From the IMG/VR virus record IMGVR_UViG_3300044451_000218: a stretch of DNA of 64,000 nt. One strand, given 5' to 3'. Under the pieces are notes generated by a model. It was not told where the DNA came from. It saw only the letters and a list, made by a program, of their open reading frames with translations, and made no database searches. Below are positions 8,933 to 19,295 of the stretch, piece by piece (position 1 is the first letter of the stretch; the number at the start of each line of letters is the position of its first letter). This stretch comes from an uncultured virus (IMG/VR IMGVR_UViG_3300044451_000218) (lineage: Duplodnaviria; Heunggongvirae; Uroviricota; Caudoviricetes). The position numbers and the translations under genes are program-made.

Positions 8933-10088
8933 ATGATCGGTGCTTTCATCGGGTTCGTCATCAGTTTGCCGTTCGTGATCGCGGTCGATAGCGTCAGCAA
9001 CTGGTGGATGCTGTGGGCCGCTCTGATCGGCTTCTTCTTTGAACTCGTCGTCCGGCTCGGCGGCGGGGAAGGATTCGGTGACGCCCTCTTACACTTCGGA
9101 GCATGGTCATGGGTCGCAAGCGAGACAACGTGAAAGCTCTCGAAAAGTTCAGCACCGCCGAACTCGAAGGGGAGATCGTCAGACGCAAACAGGGCAGCAG
9201 CGAGTGGGGCTATGTCGTCATGACCAATGACGAGGACTATGACGACAAGCGCCCACGATTCGGCATCGTTAACGTCAAATACTGGCAGAAAAACGAGGGA
9301 CTCGAAGATCGCTGCCTCGGCCACGACGTTCGTCTCCCTCGCGGGTTTCACGAGTCGCAAGAGTCCCAGTATACATACAGCGGCACTCTGAAGGACGGGA
9401 AGACGGCACTTGATAGTGCCGGTTTCAAGTACCTCGGCGAGTGTGACGATTAAGGTGCAATCATGGCAGAAGAACGGAACAAGAAGTGTCCGGCGTGCGG
9501 TGGGACGGGAGAACTCGCCACCTCTCACCGCTTTACCTGCTACGAGTGTAACGGCCACGGCAAAGTCACCGACTCCGAACACGCGAGGATCGCCAAGAGC
9601 GAGGCCGAAATCGGCCGTGCCTTTGACGCCAGACTGACCGCGAGTGAATACCGACAGATGGGTGGATGATGTTCGCGGTTCTTGTTTCTGACGGCACGCT
9701 GGAAAACAAGTGGGGACTGGACATGTTCGCCGTACTCTGTTCGGACGGTGCCATAACCGTCGAAGACGTGACCGGAGCCTGCCGCCGCGAGCAGTGGGTT
9801 CCTTTGGCAGTCACCCGGCCGCGAGGTCAGCCCGAAGCCAACCCCACCCTTCTGCTGTTCGACAACGAGCGAACCGCGCGGAAGTTCGCGATGAAGAACT
9901 TCCCGAAGGACTGGCTCGTCTCGGTCGTACAACTCGCCGACGCCGACCACGAGTGGGTGAAAAACAGGGGCTGGCTGACGGAGAAAATCGACTATCCACG
10001 CACCATGAACTCACACCCGGACTACGAATTGACATACGCCGTCCTCGAATTTAGGAACGTCCCCGATGTCGGCATCATCCGAATGTGA
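8933..10088 (+). other. Small hypothetical ORFs, including a membrane protein (8933-9133) and a DnaJ-type CxxCxGxG zinc-finger protein (9463-9669)
   Basis: CPACGGTG...CYECNGHG; packed ORFs 9103-9453 and 9666-10088. Confidence 0.55.
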
Positions 10089-11037
10089 CAACGATCTCGA
10101 TGCCAAAAGCCGAGTGGCCAGAGAGGTTTTCGACCAACTGCCTCTCCGCAAGAAGGTCGAGTTTGTCCTGCTTTACGGGGAGTGGCAGTACCGCCCCGCA
10201 GAGTCAATCGCGGCCGAACTCGGCGTCACGGTGAAAGAGGTCCAGTGGATTCTGGGCGAGTTGGTGTTCGACGGTATTGCAGTGCTTCACTCTCACAGCG
10301 ATTCATACAGACACGTTGAGAGGACGAACGTGGAAATGAGCCGCGAAGAGAAGTCGCTCAAAGAAGCGATGTTGTGGGAGAAAGCTCGGCCAATCGATCC
10401 GAACACATTCCTGCCGATAGACGATCTTGCTTCGGGCGAATCCGTACTCGATACGGATCAAGATGAGATGTGTGAAACCGCAAACGCTGGATTCTCTATG
10501 TCAGCGAATCCACGACCGCAAAGACAAAAACATCGCCGACACATGAGGGACTTGGTCATGTTGACTGGATACCTGCCGGAAAACCTGATCGTCAAGGCGA
10601 TCACGGACGCCATGATGCACGCCCGCGAGGTGTCCGAGCGGGAACACATCAAGGCCGACCGCATCGAGCGTGTCAACCAGTTCATCGTCAGCCTGCGCCG
10701 TCAACTCGGCTACATGGACGACAAGTACCGTACCGAACGTGAGTACCTGTCCGCGAAGCTCACGAACAAGGAAGTCTGGTACGACATTGGCGTGTTGAAC
10801 CCGGAACGCATCTGGGGCATCCACGACATGCCGTACACCACCGTTCAGCGGTGGGTTCTCCAAGCTCAAGCCGGAATTTCTGTCACCGGCAACCTTCAGC
10901 AAGCCATTGATGGTAGCCTGATGAACCTGAAGGGTACGATCTTGGTGGCGCAGGGTTGCAACCTTGTCACCGACCAACTCAACAAGGACGCGGACAAGGT
11001 GGTTTCTGAAATGGCGGCAATCGCCGCCAATCTCTAA
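10066..11037 (+). CDS. hypothetical protein, possible N-terminal HTH
   Basis: AESIAAELGVTVKEVQWIL; start uncertain. Confidence 0.55.
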   Translation: MSASSECDNDLDAKSRVAREVFDQLPLRKKVEFVLLYGEWQYRPAESIAAELGVTVKEVQWILGELVFDGIAVLHSHSDSYRHVERTNVEMSREEKSLKEAMLWEKARPIDPNTFLPIDDLASGESVLDTDQDEMCETANAGFSMSANPRPQRQKHRRHMRDLVMLTGYLPENLIVKAITDAMMHAREVSEREHIKADRIERVNQFIVSLRRQLGYMDDKYRTEREYLSAKLTNKEVWYDIGVLNPERIWGIHDMPYTTVQRWVLQAQAGISVTGNLQQAIDGSLMNLKGTILVAQGCNLVTDQLNKDADKVVSEMAAIAANL

Positions 11038-11051
11038 GAGGACCGAACGTC

Positions 11052-11786
11052 ATGGGCAACGATCCGCAGACACAACAGCCGACCAACTTCGACCGCTTCT
11101 TCGCCGTTCTCGGATTCGATCCGGGGAAGGAAACGGGTCCGAAGGAAGAGGTCAAGGGACTCGGTCTGTTCGCCGAGGCGATGCGTGAAGTCGTCAAGGA
11201 ACGCACCGAGGCCAACAAGGTCAAGGCGGTCGCCGCGATCCGTCAGGTGATCGACCTGAAGACCAAGTGGGACGACGAGGAACGCAAGTTCCTCGTGAGC
11301 AAGAACAAGTTCTTCAACGACTTTGGCAAGGTCGTCGCGAAGATCGAAGCCATGTCCCGTGGTGAAAGCCTCACCAGCATCGAAGCGTCCGAAGCCCGCG
11401 AGAAGGAAGGCGTCGAGAACGTCGTGCCACAAACGGCCGGCGCGGAGTTCGACCGCCTGTTCAAGACGCTCGGTTTCGATCCGAGCCGCGAGGTCGGGCC
11501 GAAGGAAGAGGTCAGTGGTTCCGGCCTGTTCGCCGAGGCGATGAAGGAAGTCGTCAAGGAGCGGACGGAGGCGAACAAGGTCAAGGCCGTGGCGGTCATC
11601 CGTCAGGTGATCGACCTGAAAGCCAAGTGGGACGAAGAGGAACGCAAGTTCAACTCCGCGAAGAAGAAGTTCTTCAAGGAGTTCGACAAGGCGCTCAAGC
11701 GGATCGAGGGGATGGCTCGCGGGGAGAACCTCGCGAGCGTCGAAGCGAAAGAGAAGGAAGAAGAAGGCGGCAAGAAGGACGAGTAA
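11052..11786 (+). CDS. Helical protein made of two tandem ~120-aa repeats
   Basis: FDRxFxxLGFDP...KEEVxGxGLFAEAMxEVVKERTEANKVKAVAxIRQVIDLK twice, 360-nt period (11088, 11448). Confidence 0.8.
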   Translation: MGNDPQTQQPTNFDRFFAVLGFDPGKETGPKEEVKGLGLFAEAMREVVKERTEANKVKAVAAIRQVIDLKTKWDDEERKFLVSKNKFFNDFGKVVAKIEAMSRGESLTSIEASEAREKEGVENVVPQTAGAEFDRLFKTLGFDPSREVGPKEEVSGSGLFAEAMKEVVKERTEANKVKAVAVIRQVIDLKAKWDEEERKFNSAKKKFFKEFDKALKRIEGMARGENLASVEAKEKEEEGGKKDE

Positions 11787-12866
11787 TCAGTCCGAATCGG
11801 CGATCACGACCCACGCATTGTGGGTCGTGTCCCATTTCGGCAGTTCGGCGATGCCACTCTGTTCGTAGCCGAAGCTGATCTTGAAGTCGTCCCCGTACCG
11901 GCCTTTGGTCTTGGTGTTAACCTTGCCCATGAGCCGGACATTTCTTTTCATGTACTCCGAATACCCGTAGTTGCTTATGCCATTGTAAAAATCATCGATG
12001 TAGTCAGGTACGTCGAGTTCGATCACGCCCTGGCTCCAGCCGTGGTATTGCACCATCGCTCTGTCGCCGTCCCGCATCAGTTTCGGCCATTTTACATCGG
12101 CCATAAACCGTTTCACGAATTGCGGTTTGGTCATCTTTGTTTCGTCGGCCAGATCTTCGTGTACTTCCGGTGGTTGGAACTCGGCCATCGCCTCTGCCAC
12201 TTCGGGTTCGCGTAGGAAGTCGATCTTCTGGGCCTTCTCGCCACGCAGTTTGTTGATGGCGTCTTTCATCTCGTCAACTTTGCCGCCCATCCTCTGAACC
12301 CACTCCTTGATCACCTCGGCCATAACCGCCGCGAAGATCTTGTCGGCGATGTTGTCGTAGCCGTTCGCGAGGCCGGCGACGAACCGCTTGGTCCCTTCCG
12401 CCCAAGCCGCACTGCCCACGTCGTCAAAGAGTTCTCCGTCAACCTCGAAGACGGCGTCAATGATCGCTTCCGTCGTCTCGTCGTCCAGTTCTTCTTTTTC
12501 TTTGAGGTGCTTCCGCAGTTCTTCCATGTGCTTGTTGACTTCGAGGACGTAAGCCGCTGTTTTACCGGCACGCCACACCTTCGACCCACCCGACACAGCC
12601 CCGGATACGATCTTCCAGATACTTGTTGCCGCGCCTACAACGTTGCCCGTCGCCGCACTAGCCGCCAACCCGGTGACGCCTTTGGCGAGGCTCCAGGCGT
12701 CACCTGCGGCACCGGCCACGTCTTTGTTCCTCATCGCGTGTGCGGTCGCCACACTCGAAGTCGATGGCTTGCCCAAGATCTTGTCCTTCAAGTCTTTCAG
12801 CCTGCCCTCGTCAATGAGCGGATCGCGGTTCTGAACGTATTCGTTGAATGATAGTGGTCACGCCAT
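11787..12866 (-). CDS. Hypothetical (possibly virion-internal) protein; in-frame TGA at codon 3
   Basis: GGAGG-ctaa-ATG GCG TGA CCA CTA TCA TTC AAC GAA TAC..., in frame with ORF 12791-11787. Confidence 0.6.
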
Positions 12867-12930
12867 TTAGCCTCCGTTTTTAGTTAGACTTGGTTGGTGA
12901 ACTTTGCCGACCCGCGACTATAATTTCATC

Positions 12931-13443
12931 ATGAGCAAAGAACAAACAATTCAGCACATCAACCGCGTCCGCAAGCTGATGAGCCGGGCCGTCTCCAGCC
13001 TCGTCGTTCGCGCCGTCAAACACGATGAGAGCAAGCTCAAGTCGCCCGAAGTCGAGATCTTCGAGGAATACACACCAAAACTTGCCGGAAGCACATACGG
13101 CAGCGAAGAATACGAGAGCTTCCGCAAGGCGATGAAACCGGGCCTTGACCATCACTACGCACACAATTCTCATCATCCTGAGCATTTCGCCGATGGCGTT
13201 CACGGGATGAGTCTTTTGGACCTTTTGGAAATGGTGTGCGACTGGAAGGCCGCGACCGAACGACACAACGACGGGGACATCCTCAAGAGCCTCGAAATCA
13301 ACCAGAAGCGGTTCGGCTACGACGACAATCTGAAGAAGATCTTCTTCAACACCGTCAAGGAACTCGGTTTTCTGAACGAAGTGCCTACAGAACAACCGAA
13401 GCCGAACCCGGATCGTCCGGTATACCCGCGAAAAGAGGGATAA
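12931..13443 (+). CDS. DUF5662-like HD-type protein
   Basis: HDESKL, YGSEEY, HHYAHNSHHPEHF, DLLEMVCDW. Confidence 0.75.
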   Translation: MSKEQTIQHINRVRKLMSRAVSSLVVRAVKHDESKLKSPEVEIFEEYTPKLAGSTYGSEEYESFRKAMKPGLDHHYAHNSHHPEHFADGVHGMSLLDLLEMVCDWKAATERHNDGDILKSLEINQKRFGYDDNLKKIFFNTVKELGFLNEVPTEQPKPNPDRPVYPRKEG

Positions 13444-13823
13444 TGTCAGCCTACGAACTTGCAGAAACACTCAAAGAGTTGTTACTCGAAGATGGCCGCG
13501 AAAATCCCTTCTACATGTCAAGCGACGACAAGGGTGACAGGTACAAAGCGGCCGTTACCGAAGTCATCAAAAGACTTCAACACAGATTCGACAAAAACAT
13601 GCCCAAAGAGGTTGTCACCGTTGGCGATCTCCGCGCCGCGTTGAGCTATTCGGAGGACGAAGAACCCGTCGTCTTCGATCTCAAGGAAGACACAGTTTAC
13701 GGGCAGAAGACCGTTCCGCTCAAATGCAGCGGCGTCGGTTCCAGTGGCGGCGGCAGGATCACGGTCCTCTGGCTCGACAAGAAAAACTACCCAAAAGACT
13801 ACCTCCCGAAGAATGATGACTGA
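13443..13823 (+). CDS. hypothetical protein
   Basis: TAATG-coupled ORF. Confidence 0.55.
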   Translation: MSAYELAETLKELLLEDGRENPFYMSSDDKGDRYKAAVTEVIKRLQHRFDKNMPKEVVTVGDLRAALSYSEDEEPVVFDLKEDTVYGQKTVPLKCSGVGSSGGGRITVLWLDKKNYPKDYLPKNDD

Positions 13824-13869
13824 ATCCGGTCTATACTGACCCGGATTCCATACTCAACCAGAGGCTGTC

Positions 13870-14469
13870 ATGGAAAGCGCCATTTATGGCAAAGGCATGG
13901 CCGGCAAGGGAGTTACGCCGTCCATCGCCCTTTGCAATCCGAAGTACGCTCACAACGTGGGTACGATTGTCCGCGCCGCTTCTTGTTTCGGAGCGAAGCA
14001 AGTTTGGTTTTCCGGCAACCGGGTGTCGCTCGACCCGAAGAAGGGGGAGCGGTTGCCGCGAGAGGAGCGGATGAAGGGCTACAAGAACGTCGAACTGCGT
14101 CAGTACGACTACTTCTTCGACATGTTCGAGAAGGACGTGGTTCCGGTGGCGATTGAGCTTCGCCCCGGCAGCGAGTTGTTGACGGACTTCGTCCACCCGG
14201 AGAAGGCGTTGTACGTCTTCGGGCCGGAAGACGGCAGCATCCCGCAAGTCATGATGCGTCACTGCCATCGGTTCGTCGTGATCCCCACACACCACTGCGT
14301 CAACCTCGCGGCGGCGGTCTACATGATCCTGTACGACCGCATGTTGAAGCGGCACCAGACCGGCGAGGAACCGATCACCTCGATGGACGAAATCCTGAAA
14401 GAGAATCGGGGCTGGTCGTCGCCCGACAACAACGGCGAAACCCGTGACTTGCTGGAAACGATGAAGTAA
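13870..14469 (+). CDS. SpoU/TrmH-family RNA methyltransferase
   Basis: PKYAHNVGTIVRAASCFG, YVFGPEDGSI, VVIPTHHCVNLAAAVYMILYDR. Confidence 0.88.
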   Translation: MESAIYGKGMAGKGVTPSIALCNPKYAHNVGTIVRAASCFGAKQVWFSGNRVSLDPKKGERLPREERMKGYKNVELRQYDYFFDMFEKDVVPVAIELRPGSELLTDFVHPEKALYVFGPEDGSIPQVMMRHCHRFVVIPTHHCVNLAAAVYMILYDRMLKRHQTGEEPITSMDEILKENRGWSSPDNNGETRDLLETMK

Positions 14470-14553
14470 AAGGCTCCCCGTGGCACAAACCACGGGGGGT
14501 TTTGCTAAAAATGGCCTATAGTGACGGTGTTTCCACAAGAAGGGGATGTTGCC

Positions 14554-15066
14554 GTGAACTATGCTCGTAAGCTTCTCGCTTGGACGAACCGCTCCGAGAA
14601 GCCGTATGCGACTCACTCGGTCGTTTTGGTCGTAGAAGACAACAAGCGGAAAGGCACCTTCGGGCTGTGCATCAACCGCCCCGCGCCGATCCTGCCGTGT
14701 ACCTGTGGTCAGTGTCCGGTTCCGCCCGTGCCTCTGTACCTCGGCGGGCCGAAGCATCTTGACAACCGATACTTTCTTCTCCATGATCAACCGCTGGCTG
14801 CGGACAAGCGTGACCGCGTCATCGAAAAGGTGTACGTCTCATGCCCATACGCTCTGAAGGAACTTCAGGGTGAAGGCAAGGACCGGGGCAAGATGATCAC
14901 CGGGTACTTCCACTGGCTTCCCGGCGAACTCGAAGAAGAGGTCGCGATGGGCTGGTGGGAGGTCAATGACAAGCCCACGCACGAACAGGTTCTTGTTTCG
15001 GAACCGCGCCACGTTTGGGGGAAACTGGTCCCCCTGACCGAACGGATCTATCCGAGTGCGAACTGA
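14554..15066 (+). CDS. YqgE/AlgH (DUF179) family protein
   Basis: SVVLVVED...GTFGLCINRP, LYLGGP, GYFHWLPGELEEEVAMGWW. Confidence 0.8.
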   Translation: MNYARKLLAWTNRSEKPYATHSVVLVVEDNKRKGTFGLCINRPAPILPCTCGQCPVPPVPLYLGGPKHLDNRYFLLHDQPLAADKRDRVIEKVYVSCPYALKELQGEGKDRGKMITGYFHWLPGELEEEVAMGWWEVNDKPTHEQVLVSEPRHVWGKLVPLTERIYPSAN

Positions 15067-16130
15067 TGCTCACCTGTCCCGAATGCGGCGCGGAAATGAT
15101 TCTCCGCGAGACGACGAAGTACACCTACAAGAACGGCGACCCTCGCAAGTTCTACGGGTGCAGCAGATGGCCGGATTGTAACGCCACGCACGGCGCACAC
15201 CCCAACGGTTCGCCGTTGGGTGTTCCGGCCAACAAGGAAACGAAAGACGCTCGAATCGCCGCACACGCGGCCTTCGACGGCCACTGGCAGGAACTCGGCC
15301 TTCAACGCAACGAGGGCTACCGGCTGCTCAGGGACATCATGGGTATGAGCAAAGAAGAAGCTCATATCGCCAACTTCAACAAGGAACAGTGCCAAACATT
15401 GATCGACAAGATCAAGCAACGCAGGGAGAATCCGATGGTCAGGGGCTTCAAAGGCGTCACCTTTTCTGGCGCGGACTGTGACACCGAGATCGGGACTCTC
15501 GTTGAGCTTCAGGGGCGGTTTCCGTACATGGAGGTTGGCGTTCTCTGGTCGCTGACGAAAGCCGGTACTCCGCGTTACCCACACCGAGATTGGATCGAAA
15601 AGGCCACCGAGCGTGGTCTGCGGTTCTCGCTGCACCTGTGCGGCAAGGTCGCGCGGACGATGGTAGAAGGCACCGAAACACCGGAAATCCCCGGCAAGCC
15701 GAAACGCATCCAGATCAACTGTAACGGGATGCGGGGGATGACGGGCTGGTTCCGGGCGTTCCACTCGATCATCCAAAAGAACACGGAACTGGACAGCGAC
15801 CTTCAGTTCATCATTCAGGCCGGCGAAGCGGCGGGTGCGTACTGGGTCGGCCGTGCCGAGGGCGAAGGTCACAACGTCGCGCCGCTGTTCGACAAGAGCG
15901 GCGGGCGTGGTGTGGAGACGGACGACTGGCCCGCCCCGCTCGCGGTCAGTTACAACGGGTACGCGGGCGGCATCGGCCCGGACAACGTGCAGGCGGTCGT
16001 GAAGAAGATCGGGACGTTCAAGACCGACTTCTGGATCGACATGGAGTCTCGCATCAGGACGGGGGACAAGTTCGACTTGGACAAAGTCGTCCACGTCCTC
16101 AATCTCGTGGACACAATGATCGAACGGTGA
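15066..16130 (+). CDS. Fusion of zinc ribbon/DUF3268-like domain with a PRAI-like TIM barrel
   Basis: CPECG...FYGCSRWPDC..HGAHP; C-terminal half SLHLCG, LFDKSGGRG, GYAGGIGPDNV, FWIDMESRIR. Confidence 0.65.
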   Translation: MLTCPECGAEMILRETTKYTYKNGDPRKFYGCSRWPDCNATHGAHPNGSPLGVPANKETKDARIAAHAAFDGHWQELGLQRNEGYRLLRDIMGMSKEEAHIANFNKEQCQTLIDKIKQRRENPMVRGFKGVTFSGADCDTEIGTLVELQGRFPYMEVGVLWSLTKAGTPRYPHRDWIEKATERGLRFSLHLCGKVARTMVEGTETPEIPGKPKRIQINCNGMRGMTGWFRAFHSIIQKNTELDSDLQFIIQAGEAAGAYWVGRAEGEGHNVAPLFDKSGGRGVETDDWPAPLAVSYNGYAGGIGPDNVQAVVKKIGTFKTDFWIDMESRIRTGDKFDLDKVVHVLNLVDTMIER

Positions 16131-16675
16131 CAAATGACTCTCGAAGAACTGAAAGAAATCGTGATCGAGAAGTTCAAGGCGTCTTTGATTCAACGCAATC
16201 AGTGGTCAAAGGTGATCATTGATTCCCCAGACGTTTTGCGAGCCGCCATTCTTCAAGAGGACGGGATGATTATCGCTTACGGCGACATCATCAAAACGAT
16301 TGACCCGGATTGGGAACTGGACCCCAATTTCAAAGCATACGAAGTACAAACAGGGTGAGGAAGTCATGACGCTTCAAGAGATCTATGCGATCATCTGGAA
16401 AGAAGGCGTGAATTCGCCTTCTTTGCCGCGAGGGTGGCTTCTTCCGCAAAACCTGAAACCGGCCCAGATCAACGAACATTTCCCGGTCGATGCTTTGGTC
16501 ATGGTTATGGCCGATTCTTACGGGGAACGCGATTTCGTTTACCCGAATCTGAGAAAGAGATCGTGGTGGTTCGGTCGTGTCGAGGCAGCAACAAGTGACA
16601 GGAACGTTCGTGTCAGAAGTACGTTTTCGGGAGCAGTTCGTTCGGTTCCGTACAATAAGATCAGGATTTACTAAC

Positions 16676-17113
16676 ATGACCGTCGTCTGCCAGAACCGCA
16701 AAGCCCGCTTCGATTATGAGGTTGTCGAAACCGTCGAAGCGGGTATTGTGCTGAAAGGCACGGAAATCAAATCCGTGCGAAACCACCGCGTTTCTCTCGA
16801 CGGAGCGTATGCCAGCGTGGACGCCGGAAACGTTACGCTAGTCGGCTGCAACATCGAGCCGTATTCGCACGGCAATGTTCACAATCACGAAGCCAAGCGT
16901 GACCGACGCCTGTTGCTCAACCGGAGCGAGATCGACAAGATCGCGAGCAAAGCGGCGGTGAGGGGGTTCACGTTGATCCCGCTGTCGATGTACATCAAGG
17001 ACGGTCGCGCCAAGATCGAACTGGCCGTCTGTCGCGGTCGGCAGACGCACGACAAGCGGCACGCCATCAAGGACCGCGAAGTGAAGAAGGCGATGAAACG
17101 GGGAAAATTCTGA
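16676..17113 (+). CDS. smpB: SsrA-binding protein SmpB
   Basis: NRKARFDY, EAGIVLKGTEIKSVR, RRLLLNRSEI, GFTLIPLSMY, HDKR. Confidence 0.95.
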   Translation: MTVVCQNRKARFDYEVVETVEAGIVLKGTEIKSVRNHRVSLDGAYASVDAGNVTLVGCNIEPYSHGNVHNHEAKRDRRLLLNRSEIDKIASKAAVRGFTLIPLSMYIKDGRAKIELAVCRGRQTHDKRHAIKDREVKKAMKRGKF

Positions 17114-17171
17114 TTTTTCATGCCCGCGCAGGCGGTCGAGGCGACATACCTCTATAGAAGACCGCTCCCAC

Positions 17172-18266
17172 ATGAGGTGTATCATGACGAATCTGGCAAA
17201 GCTCCATCAGGCGGCTCGGTTAATCGCCGAGGTCAACGCAACCCTCAACAACACCAGTCGCAAGTGCGACTGCTGCGGGTTGACGGTCTACGAGAAACCC
17301 GACGAGTGGGATCTGAAACAGATGCTCTCGGCCGCGTTGAGCAGAGTCGAAAAGGTCGTCGGCAAGATGAAAAACAACGACAAAAAAGACCAGCGGGTCA
17401 CGCCCGCTGCGATGATTCTGGATGTGGACGGGGTCGCCATCGTCAACAAAAAAGATGGCGTCAACCCGGATCAAGATCCGGCCAACATGCTGTTGTTCGA
17501 CCGCTTCGGTGACGGGCGGTGGTACATCGCCTATCTTTCCAAAAAGACTTTGGGGGATAGTTGGGTTATGGTGACCGTGTATTCCACCGAAAACGGCAAG
17601 CGTGTCTCGTGTGATTACGGAGTTTCACCCGAAAACCAACTCACACGCATCCGTAAGGTTTCGTAAGAAAAGAAACCCGAAATTCCTATCAACTGCGTGT
17701 ATTTATAGGAACGGCGGCGCGAATCCCACGCCGCAAACTTTTCCAAGTAAAAGAGGAATATGGGTTCCAAACCACACAGCAGGCCGTGGCACAACGGCAC
17801 AATCGAAGACTGCGAAATCAAAGAGCCGAGGCTCTACAATCGCGAAGAAGTCGATCAGCCGATGCTCGACATTCGCGAAGAGGCCAACAAAGCTCGCGAG
17901 AGCGGGATCATCGGCGAGTCCGGCGCGGAAGCATTCTTCTGCAACACCACCGTCTGCATCAAAGAGAAGAATGACGCCTTGAAGTTGTCGGGCCTCCAGT
18001 GCCACGACGACCTCATCATGGATCTGTTCAAAGAGAAGTGCGAGCAGTACAAACGCGGTCACGACCGCATCAAAGACATCCGCGAGGAACAGGTGCAGCA
18101 AGAAAAGCTGCTCGAAGCTCTCGCTTTGAAGATCGGTTACGACGCGGTTTCCTTCTCGGAGTACGGCGTCAAAGTCAGTCGCGGGTTGTTGAAGCAGAAC
18201 TTCCCCTCGATTTACGACAATCGCGGGCGTAGAATCGAAAACTACGGTGACGGTTGGGATGCCTGA
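17172..18266 (+). other. Two hypothetical ORFs (17172-17666, 17760-18266)
   Basis: ORF track; plausible codon use. Confidence 0.55.
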
Positions 18267-18396
18267 GATTTTTGGTTGACAACGGTGCGAAACTGGCCTA
18301 CATTGATTTCATCAGGCCGCAGCACCACCCGTGGGCCGCAACCCCGGAGCGAGCCAAAATTCGCTCCGGGGCATTTAACTCAAACTGGATACTACG

Positions 18397-18777
18397 ATGA
18401 AGACTCAGATCACTGCCGAACACCTGTAGGTTTCTGAAGAGAACACTCCGTACTGTTACCTCTTCTTGCGGGAAGATCTTCCCCGCGTCTACAGTGCGGT
18501 CCAAGCGTGCCATGCCGCCATCGGCGGCGGGCAGTTCTTGATCCCCCAAAACATCCCACACCCGCACCTCGTTCTGCTCAGGGCTTCCTCCGAGCAGGAG
18601 CTTCGCAACATCGCGTCCCGTTTGGAACGCGACGGGGTACGTCATTACGTTTTCACCGAGCCAGACATCGGTAATCAAACTACTGCGTTGATTACCGAGC
18701 CGGTATATGGTGACAAGCGTCGAGCGTTCCGTCGTTATCGCTGTGTGAACGAACCGCCGAAATTAGATAGCGGATAA
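18397..18777 (+). CDS. Pth2-family peptidyl-tRNA hydrolase with in-frame TAG at codon 11 (18427-18429)
   Basis: MKTQITAEHL*VSEENTPYCYLFLREDL...AVQACHAA...LVLLRASSEQEL...FTEPDIGNQTTAL. Confidence 0.75.
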
Positions 18778-18778
18778 T

Positions 18779-18808
18779 TGTATGGAAACACATATGTGTT
18801 TCCATACA
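18779..18808. repeat. Perfect 30-bp palindrome
   Basis: TGTATGGAAACACATATGTGTTTCCATACA equals its own reverse complement. Confidence 0.9.
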
Positions 18809-18815
18809 TGGCGGC

Positions 18816-19295
18816 ATGGAAACAATCACTTGTATTCGATGCCGCCAATCCAAACCTCCAGAAGCTTTTCGTTTTAGAAACAAGTCTCTGGGGAAACGAG
18901 ACACGCGATGTCGCGAATGTTTTTGCGACTATCACAAGCTGGTTTACGACCGGCTAACACCAGAACAAAAACAACAAAAAACGAAGTCTTCAACCGACTG
19001 TCGGAGGCGACTTAGGGCGAAGCTACATGCGGTGGTGTGGAATTACCTGTCTACGCACCCATGTGTGGATTGCGGTGAAAACGACCCGGTCGTTCTGGAG
19101 TTCGATCACCGCGATCCTGAGCAAAAAGTAGAAACGATCTGCGGCTTGCTCAGAAATCTGGCTGACAACCACACGCTGCTGACTGAAATTGCAAAATGCG
19201 ACGTAAGGTGTGCCAATTGCCACCGACGCAAAACAGCAAAGCAATTTGGTTGGCACGCATTACGAGAGACTTATTATGAACACGAAAACGAATGA
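18816..19295 (+). CDS. HNH endonuclease (free-standing, zinc-binding)
   Basis: CIRC...CREC; PCVDCGENDPVVLEFDH...KCDVRCANCHRRKT. Confidence 0.88.
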   Translation: METITCIRCRQSKPPEAFRFRNKSLGKRDTRCRECFCDYHKLVYDRLTPEQKQQKTKSSTDCRRRLRAKLHAVVWNYLSTHPCVDCGENDPVVLEFDHRDPEQKVETICGLLRNLADNHTLLTEIAKCDVRCANCHRRKTAKQFGWHALRETYYEHENE

